Below are positions 27,231-33,681 of a stretch of 64,000 bases of DNA, piece by piece. The position numbers were made by a program, and so were the translations under genes. Within the stretch, counting starts at the first letter, position 1, and each line of letters begins with the position of its first letter. Origin of the DNA: a bacterium. GTDB taxonomy: Bacteria; SZUA-182; DTGQ01. Below the pieces are notes generated by a model. The model saw only the letters and a list, made by a program, of their open reading frames with translations, ran no database searches and was not told where the DNA came from. The stretch spans positions 12,574 to 76,573 of the forward strand of contig JBFLZW010000072.1 of the NCBI GenBank assembly GCA_040755755.1. Reading direction: 5' to 3'.

Positions 27231-27578
27231 TTATTTTTCTAGTTCTTCAATAATTTTTTCTATTTTTTCTTTTAACTCAGGAATCTTGTCCTGTATAGCA
27301 TCCCATACAATATCCCAGTTCACTCCAAAATAATAATGGATAATTTTATCTCTCATCCCAGCGATTTTTTTCCATTGAATGTCTGTGTATCTTTTTTTGA
27401 AATCATGAGAAAGACTTTTTACTGCTTCACCAATAATTTCAAGGCTTCTGGTGCAACCTCTTTTCAGTAATTCATGAGAGATAAAATCTTCATAGGTAAA
27501 TCCGCTGGTTTCATGTAAGAGAAATTTTGTTTCATCCAGGATATGTTTAAGATACGGTAAGTTCTGCTTCATAACCAC
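27231..27578 (-). CDS. HEPN (DUF86) toxin of a HEPN/MNT pair
   Basis: 115 aa with the Rx4H motif in GMRDKIIHYYFGV. It overlaps the upstream MNT gene by 10 nt. Confidence 0.8.
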   Translation of the reverse strand: MVMKQNLPYLKHILDETKFLLHETSGFTYEDFISHELLKRGCTRSLEIIGEAVKSLSHDFKKRYTDIQWKKIAGMRDKIIHYYFGVNWDIVWDAIQDKIPELKEKIEKIIEELEK

Positions 27579-27868
27579 TTGATCTCTTTTTCTACGTGTG
27601 GTTGAATATAGGGACTCAAACTGCCTTTCGTTATAAGTTCTATCTTTCTACCAAATAAATCTTCAAGATAAAAAGCGAGATCCATAAAATTATCAAAACT
27701 GGGAGTTTCAAACTCGATAAGAAAATCTATGTCACTATTTTCTTTTTGTTCTCCTCTGGCATAAGAACCAAATAATCCTATCCTTTTAACTTTATACTTT
27801 CTCAAAATATCACTGTGCTCTCTCAGTGCTATGAGTATCCCTTCCTCTGTAAGTTCCTTGCTCTTCAT
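27569..27868 (-). CDS. Minimal nucleotidyltransferase (MNT) antitoxin
   Basis: 99 aa with the GLFGSYARGEQKENSDIDFLIEF (GSx10DxD) signature. Confidence 0.85.
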   Translation of the reverse strand: MKSKELTEEGILIALREHSDILRKYKVKRIGLFGSYARGEQKENSDIDFLIEFETPSFDNFMDLAFYLEDLFGRKIELITKGSLSPYIQPHVEKEIKWL

Positions 27869-28009
27869 TGTAAACTCCCAAAATGCTCAGTTCTCCCTTT
27901 GGGAGGGGAGCATTACCAGTTTGTCAAAATCGAATTTCTCGTTCTCCATCCAGATCACCTCTCGCACCCTGTTGAGATGGCATGATTGACGGTTACGGTG
28001 CATTGGTTT

Positions 28010-28111
28010 CTATACTCTTAACGAATGGGTAATCCTCCCTCGGCAGTCATGTTCAGAAATCCGCTTGATGGGAAGATCTACTTCGATTAACCGCTTGGGA
28101 AACTGAGTCAA
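28010..28111 (-). pseudogene. Orphan 5' fragment of a DUF1156 methyltransferase gene (first ~20 codons, then divergence and a stop)
   Basis: My translation is TTG-TQFPKRLIEVDLPIKRISEHDCRGRITHSLRV*. Positions 28052-28099 match 27147-27194 at 46/48 nt. The TTG overlaps the stop of the 184-aa gene (TTGA). Confidence 0.75.
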
Positions 28112-28662
28112 GTTGCTCTCTCTTCTGGAATTTGCTGGGATTCTTTAATGATTTGATCGACTTTATGAGCTGCTGATCGAGCCTCATCCACACTGATATG
28201 CGGTTTCAGTTCATTAATCTTGCGAGCCCTGGTCTCGACATCTCCATCAAACTCATAAGTCACATAGAGTGCTGTAGCCAGACATTCAAGTTCAGTTACT
28301 TTCTTACTACCAAGTTTTTCTGCAATGAATTTTACCTGATTATCATATCTTTTCAAGGTCTTGGGAAAGCGATCCTTTAACAGTTCGCTTCCTTCATCCG
28401 GGAGGAGACTAGGGCCATAAGGGTAGGGCTGAGGCTGCAACCTAATTAGCGCGTCTGCCCTCATAGCTGTAATTTCATCATTCAGATCAAATGAAAACGG
28501 CCCATGTTTGTATAAGGTGAACTCAAAACCTAGCGGAACTCCTAGCATTTGTTGAAGGAAATAGGCTGCCTTTTGGATGTGTGTCTCCCCACACCAACTC
28601 CCATGATCCTTAAGGTTTTTGGCCAATGACAGGAGTATAGCAGCACGTTGTAATCTTTTCAT
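28108..28662 (-). CDS. YwgA-like / Panacea (DUF4065)-like protein of unknown function
   Basis: 184 aa. THIQKAAYFLQQMLGVPLGFEFTLYKHGPFSFDLNDEI fits the (K)LQK..Y......F.F..Y.[YH]GP[YF]S..L pattern of YwgA/SocA-type proteins. A GGAGGA RBS precedes the ATG. Confidence 0.4.
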   Translation of the reverse strand: MKRLQRAAILLSLAKNLKDHGSWCGETHIQKAAYFLQQMLGVPLGFEFTLYKHGPFSFDLNDEITAMRADALIRLQPQPYPYGPSLLPDEGSELLKDRFPKTLKRYDNQVKFIAEKLGSKKVTELECLATALYVTYEFDGDVETRARKINELKPHISVDEARSAAHKVDQIIKESQQIPEERAT

Positions 28663-28760
28663 GATTCTTCCTCCTCTTTCGGAGCGATTATAGTTTCACG
28701 ATTTTCTTTTAACCAGTTCTCGGCCTTATCTCTATGTTCCGGAGAAATAAAAACATTCGC

Positions 28761-28918
28761 TACCGGACACTTTTTTTTCAATTCCTGTAATCAACCGCGA
28801 ATGCACACGAATAGACGCTAATAAATTCTTTTGATTTGCCTTCATTATCGAGTCCTCTTTGTTCAGTTCGCGTTCATTCGCGTTCATTCGCGGTTGTTAC
28901 CTCAAAAGTGTCCGGTAG
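28761..28918. mobile_element. MITE-like palindromic element (~158 bp) with nested inverted repeats
   Basis: Outer inverted repeat: taccggacactttt (28761-28774) / aaaagtgtccggta (28905-28918). Inner inverted repeat: caaccgcgaatg (28792-28803) / cattcgcggttg (28885-28896). There is an internal 10-bp tandem cgttcattcg x2. A 9-bp direct repeat taaaaacat lies at 28748-28756 and 28923-28931. Confidence 0.5.
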
Positions 28919-29022
28919 AGAGTAAAAACATAGTCTATAGCGGCAACCGGTACATTCTTTAATGAATTCGATAGAGCCAATGACGAAATGATGCGCTCGT
29001 CTTTGGCTTGTATAGGGGTAAT

Positions 29023-29053
29023 TACTCAGGCACAGAGCTTCTGTGCCTGAGTA
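29023..29053 (-). terminator. Perfect 13-bp stem-loop downstream of the helicase gene
   Basis: tactcaggcacag-agctt-ctgtgcctgagta, read directly. There is no strong U-tract on the minus strand, so terminator function is uncertain. Confidence 0.4.
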
Positions 29054-29118
29054 GTTACTACTATTTTATGTATTCACATTCATGTGAGGGGATACACTTG
29101 TAGTCGATAGAGATTGCA

Positions 29119-32100
29119 CTATTCATTCTTGCAGTTTTTCTCACCAAGTATCGCCTTGGCCCCCACATGGTAATGCTCAATCTTTACCAGAGGTTGCCAG
29201 CCTAAACGTACCGGGTCCTGAATGGTATGTACCTCTGGCATATCAGCGCAATTAAACACAACATAGAGCCAGTAATCTTCCCTGAGCCTCTGGGCAGTCT
29301 TATATTCGTTGGTTGTCATGGCCACATCACCTACTGCAGCCCGTCCCTTTACTTCAATGAATCGAACCTCGGTGGCTGTTTTCGGGTCTTCAGGGTGCAG
29401 TTTCCGGGAGATAAGATCAAAGCCCCTATCCTCATTTTCGACACTTTCAACAACCCAGCCACGGGCTTCTTCATGAGCGATAGCCTTTTGTACTGCGATC
29501 CTCTCGATTTCCTCATCGCGAACCATAGGAGCAATATCGGGTGTTGAACGCTCCGGATGAGGCAATACCCAGGCTCGTCCCTGGTGCTGAATATCAGAAA
29601 TGGTGCAATGGCGCTCCTGCTGTAATTCCTCCCTGCGCCGCTCTAAGCGAGCGTTCAATATATCGATACGATCCTCGGTAGTTTTGATATTGGCAGACAG
29701 CAGGGGATTAGTCTCGCCGGATTGCTGGCTTTCCAGCAATTCCGCCATCCTTAAATTTTGACGATGGATCAATTCATTCAGGCTGATCTCCATATGGCGG
29801 GTTATGGTTTCGATTTCCTTCTCCCTTTGGGCGCTGATTTCATCGAGAAAAGGATGCAGGGCCTTCTCAATAAGAAATTGTTCGACCCGGCCACGGTCAG
29901 GCATGGCATCATCGTCTAAAGTTTTAGTACCGACAGGTGCCGGGGTTAAATCTAAAAAAATGGTGGGTTGCCGAACGGCCATCGTGCCGTCAAGATTGGT
30001 TTGAACTACAAAAAGACGCCGGTGAAGAATATTCCCACACCCATCACGGATCGCTGCTGAGAAAACATCCAATCGACTGGGCTCTTTATGGTGAAGATCA
30101 AAGAACACCGCACCCCGTCGAAGGTCATTCTGCACCTGATCCAGGACATCTTCTCTGACGCACTCAAATAAGGGGTGTCCCGGTGTTATCCACTCCAGGG
30201 TAGGATCATCGGTGAGGAGATTCTTATCAAAGACAATTTGTTTGTATTCTCGTCCCAGTTTGCCGAAACGTGCCTCAATCCGCTCGCCCACTGGCCAGAG
30301 CGTCCGGGGAATACGGCCGATTCGATAAATGTGTGAGTCTTTCTTTCCCATCTCTTTTCCCTTAGGGGAAGCAGCCTGGGATGTAAGGACCTTGGGATGT
30401 ACGCCGACCAAAGGACCGGATTGAACAAAAAAATCCTCAATTACCTCGGGGACCAGCCGCCGCTCTTTCGCTTCTGCGGATTTTCCTACTATAGCTGAGA
30501 GATTCAGCTCTCGCTTGGCCAGTCCTTCCAGGGTGGAATGAGTGATCCTCCGGAACCGCTCAATATCTACCTGCTCAACAATACGATCCTTAATGACTTC
30601 CTCGGTAAGGTTATGAGCATACATATCACGGAGCATACGCTCAAGCTGATTCGAAGGAAAGACATCGCCGAGAACATTAAATATCTTGCCGGTACGCTTC
30701 GGATCAAGATCATCCTCAATACTTTTAATACGCTCAAACAGTTTGTGTAAAACACGGCCCTCGCGGGTATTGGTTGAAACGAAGTTAAAAATCAGGCAAT
30801 CTTTTTCCTGACCGTAGCGGTGAATACGGCCCATGCGCTGCTCAAGGCGTACTGGATTCCAGGGGATATCGTAATTGATCATAAACCAGCAAAATTGCAG
30901 GTTTATACCTTCGCCTGCCGCTTCGGTGGCGACCATAATCTGGCTTTCCTCACGGAATTCACGCTCTGCATAGATACGGGTCCCCGGGGTATCCCGGTCG
31001 CCGATTTTCATGCCGCCATGAATCTGCGTGACCTCAAGTCCCCATTCACGCAGCTTTCCCAACGGGCGGTTATCTTTACCGTCACCAACCAGATAGTCGA
31101 GTGTATCTTTATGTTCAGTAAAGATGAGAAGTTTCATCTTCGGGTCATGAAATATCCCCTGTTTGGTAATGACTTCCTTGAGCTTTACCAGTTTGGATTC
31201 AATTTCCCTTTGCTCTAAAAGATATGCCTGGTCAATGAGTTTGGCGAGCTGCAAAATCTCTTCCTTGAGCGCAGGAGGATCGACCGATGCAACCACATTC
31301 TCTAATTGGGTAATGATTTCCTGTTGTTCATCTTCCGGAAGGTCATCGAAATCATCAGGAACTTTTTTGAGGATTTGTTCTTTTCGGTAGCCATCAGGAT
31401 CAGCCAGGATCTTTTCTCGCTTGGCTTTCATACGCTCAAGGCTTCGGCGAACGGCATAAATGCTGGAAGCAAACCGGCGTTGCAGCATAGCCATAGTAAA
31501 GCCAAGTGCACGGCCGCGGGCTGAGTCATCTGCCGCAGCTTTGATGGATTGATCCTCTACATACCGGGTCAGGTTGTCATAGAAATCCCATTCTTTCTCA
31601 CAAATCTGAAATTCTGTAGTCTGAACCTTGCGTTTTGAAAAAAGAGCTTTCACTTGTTTTGTATCAGGATCGGGAAAGGTTACTAACGCTTCCTTAACAC
31701 GGCGGAGATAAAAAGGAGCTTCACGCCGCTTCATGGCCTCTTCCAGGCTTTTAACGTCACCATAGACATCATTATCCAGGAGTTCGAGAAACAGGCAGAA
31801 GTTCTTGGGATCGCCCTTGTGCGGTGTGGCTGTCATAAGGAGATAATGGTCGGTCATGTGCGATAGGGACTCACCGAGTTGATAAGCCAGCGTTTTTTTA
31901 TCCGAACTATATGCACTCATCTTATGGGCTTCATCGACGATAATCAAATCCCAGTGGCTGCGAAGAAGGCTTTCTTTGGCATCTTCAATCCGTGAAACCC
32001 AGGATACTGAGGTGATAACCTGATTTCTCTCCTGCCAGGGATTAGAGCCATAATTTGCCCGCAGGATTTCTCCCCGGATGATTTCAAATTGCTCGCGAAA

Positions 32101-32619
32101 TTTGTCTTTCATCTCACGCTGCCACTGAAACGATAAATTGGCAGGCGTGACAATCAAGGTGCGCTTAATCAATCCCCGAATTTTCAGCTCCTTAATTAAG
32201 AGGCCCGCCATGATTGTCTTCCCTGCTCCCGGATCATCGGCCAGCAGAAAACGGATGCGTGGCAGCTTCAGGAAATAGTCATAGACTGCCTCCAACTGAT
32301 GTGGCAATGGATCAACCCGGGCAATGGATAAGGTAAAGTAAGGATCATATTCATAGGCCAGGGCGAGTCGTATGGCCTCAATCCCAAGGCGGAACCGCGA
32401 GGCATCTCCATCGAATGGCTCCTTTTCCGGCGTAGTTTCCAGGGTGGCTAACTGCTCAGGCGATAAGACAGGCTCATACACCTGGCCGCTTTTCATACCC
32501 TTACCAATGAGCTTGATGCATTCGCCCATAGGGATAGTCGTAATCACCTGGACCGGTTCGGGAAGTATCGGCCCTTGGATAATCATATTTGGTTTAGGTA
32601 TTATTCCATCATCTTTCAA
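29119..32619 (-). CDS. SNF2-family helicase with a C-terminal DUF3883-like (PD-(D/E)xK fold) domain
   Basis: 1166 aa with helicase motifs LADDPGAGKT (I), LIIVDEAHKM (II), LLMTATP (III) and QRMGRIHRYGQ (VI). The C-terminus has GWVVESVENEDRGFDLISRK...RFIEVKGR. The start is ambiguous: TTG at 32619 or ATG at 32586. Confidence 0.8.
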   Translation of the reverse strand: MKDDGIIPKPNMIIQGPILPEPVQVITTIPMGECIKLIGKGMKSGQVYEPVLSPEQLATLETTPEKEPFDGDASRFRLGIEAIRLALAYEYDPYFTLSIARVDPLPHQLEAVYDYFLKLPRIRFLLADDPGAGKTIMAGLLIKELKIRGLIKRTLIVTPANLSFQWQREMKDKFREQFEIIRGEILRANYGSNPWQERNQVITSVSWVSRIEDAKESLLRSHWDLIIVDEAHKMSAYSSDKKTLAYQLGESLSHMTDHYLLMTATPHKGDPKNFCLFLELLDNDVYGDVKSLEEAMKRREAPFYLRRVKEALVTFPDPDTKQVKALFSKRKVQTTEFQICEKEWDFYDNLTRYVEDQSIKAAADDSARGRALGFTMAMLQRRFASSIYAVRRSLERMKAKREKILADPDGYRKEQILKKVPDDFDDLPEDEQQEIITQLENVVASVDPPALKEEILQLAKLIDQAYLLEQREIESKLVKLKEVITKQGIFHDPKMKLLIFTEHKDTLDYLVGDGKDNRPLGKLREWGLEVTQIHGGMKIGDRDTPGTRIYAEREFREESQIMVATEAAGEGINLQFCWFMINYDIPWNPVRLEQRMGRIHRYGQEKDCLIFNFVSTNTREGRVLHKLFERIKSIEDDLDPKRTGKIFNVLGDVFPSNQLERMLRDMYAHNLTEEVIKDRIVEQVDIERFRRITHSTLEGLAKRELNLSAIVGKSAEAKERRLVPEVIEDFFVQSGPLVGVHPKVLTSQAASPKGKEMGKKDSHIYRIGRIPRTLWPVGERIEARFGKLGREYKQIVFDKNLLTDDPTLEWITPGHPLFECVREDVLDQVQNDLRRGAVFFDLHHKEPSRLDVFSAAIRDGCGNILHRRLFVVQTNLDGTMAVRQPTIFLDLTPAPVGTKTLDDDAMPDRGRVEQFLIEKALHPFLDEISAQREKEIETITRHMEISLNELIHRQNLRMAELLESQQSGETNPLLSANIKTTEDRIDILNARLERRREELQQERHCTISDIQHQGRAWVLPHPERSTPDIAPMVRDEEIERIAVQKAIAHEEARGWVVESVENEDRGFDLISRKLHPEDPKTATEVRFIEVKGRAAVGDVAMTTNEYKTAQRLREDYWLYVVFNCADMPEVHTIQDPVRLGWQPLVKIEHYHVGAKAILGEKNCKNE

Positions 32620-32694
32620 ATTAGAATAATTCGCCTCTTTTTTCTAATGGATTCCCATTTTTAAGAGGATTACAAGGAATCTCCGACAAGGCTG

Positions 32695-33660
32695 CTAGGA
32701 ATACTTTTCCGCAGCTTTGGCCTGAATATCCTTGGGAAGCTGGATGCCCAACCTATAGGAAGTAGAGAGGTTGATAAAGATATCCGGTCGAGGAAGAAGA
32801 ATGGGAATCTGAGCAGGAGTTTTATTCTGCTTGATGATCTGATAAATAATATTATCCGCTACCTGCCTGCCTAACCGCTTTTGGTCATATTCCAGGGCAG
32901 CCAGGGCTCCCATTTGCGCTCCTATTTTTCCGCCTCCGATGAAGGGGAGCCTGCGATTCAGGCAGCTCGAAGTAATGACCGGCAAGGCTGCCTCGACATT
33001 TTTATCCTGAACAACTCCCAGGAGAGCATCTATCTTATCTAACAGGAAATCCAGCTTCTCCGGTAACTCCCTCCCGTTTTCAGGAATCGGGAGGGGCTTT
33101 ATCTCAAGGCCCTGACTGGTGCGGGCGAAATTTTGCAGGGCCTCAACCTGCTCTCTGGATCCGGGGATGCTTTCTGAATAGAGAACTCCAATCGTCTTCA
33201 GCCCCGGCAAAATACTGGTGTACAGCTTCATGCTCTCGGACCAGTCAAATCCGGAAAAGACTCCCGTGTAATTGGCAGCAGGTTTTTCCTGAAATTGAGC
33301 ATAGCCGATGATCGTACGTCCGGGAAGCTTTTCAAGAACCCGTTTCACTTTCTCCGTCCCGATGACATAAACGGGATCCTCTTTAATTTCTCCTAGGCTT
33401 GACTCCTGATAGAAGATGGTATGAATCCCCTTGAACAATAGTCCCTCCCGCAGCCCCTGGATATGCGCTTTATATTCCGCGTAACCATCGACAATGGCCA
33501 CCATGCCCCGTGCTCCGGGCGGAACCGGATCCTGAAAAGGTTTCCTCCTCACGAAGTAAATGATGATGACTATAATAACCAATAAGCTTAAATAAGTAAA
33601 GCTCCTAACCAAAATAACCTGCAATGCCTCACCGATATCTTCTTTTTCCTTCGACTGCAT
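32695..33660 (-). CDS. Membrane-anchored ABC-transporter substrate-binding protein (ABC_sub_bind/DUF534-like)
   Basis: 321 aa with an N-terminal TM segment. KTIGVLYSESIPGSREQVEAL...IDALLGVVQDKNV...LPFIGGG is typical of this family. Confidence 0.55.
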   Translation of the reverse strand: MQSKEKEDIGEALQVILVRSFTYLSLLVIIVIIIYFVRRKPFQDPVPPGARGMVAIVDGYAEYKAHIQGLREGLLFKGIHTIFYQESSLGEIKEDPVYVIGTEKVKRVLEKLPGRTIIGYAQFQEKPAANYTGVFSGFDWSESMKLYTSILPGLKTIGVLYSESIPGSREQVEALQNFARTSQGLEIKPLPIPENGRELPEKLDFLLDKIDALLGVVQDKNVEAALPVITSSCLNRRLPFIGGGKIGAQMGALAALEYDQKRLGRQVADNIIYQIIKQNKTPAQIPILLPRPDIFINLSTSYRLGIQLPKDIQAKAAEKYS

Positions 33661-33681
33661 TGGCTCTCACTTCCTTCATCC

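Noticed and set aside
21341-32619. Canonical BREX, DISARM or type I/III restriction-modification
   Set aside because: No PglZ, BrxA/B/L, PLD-family DrmC, DUF1998, HsdS or Res subunit is recognisable anywhere in the window. Only the DUF499-type ATPase is shared with BREX.
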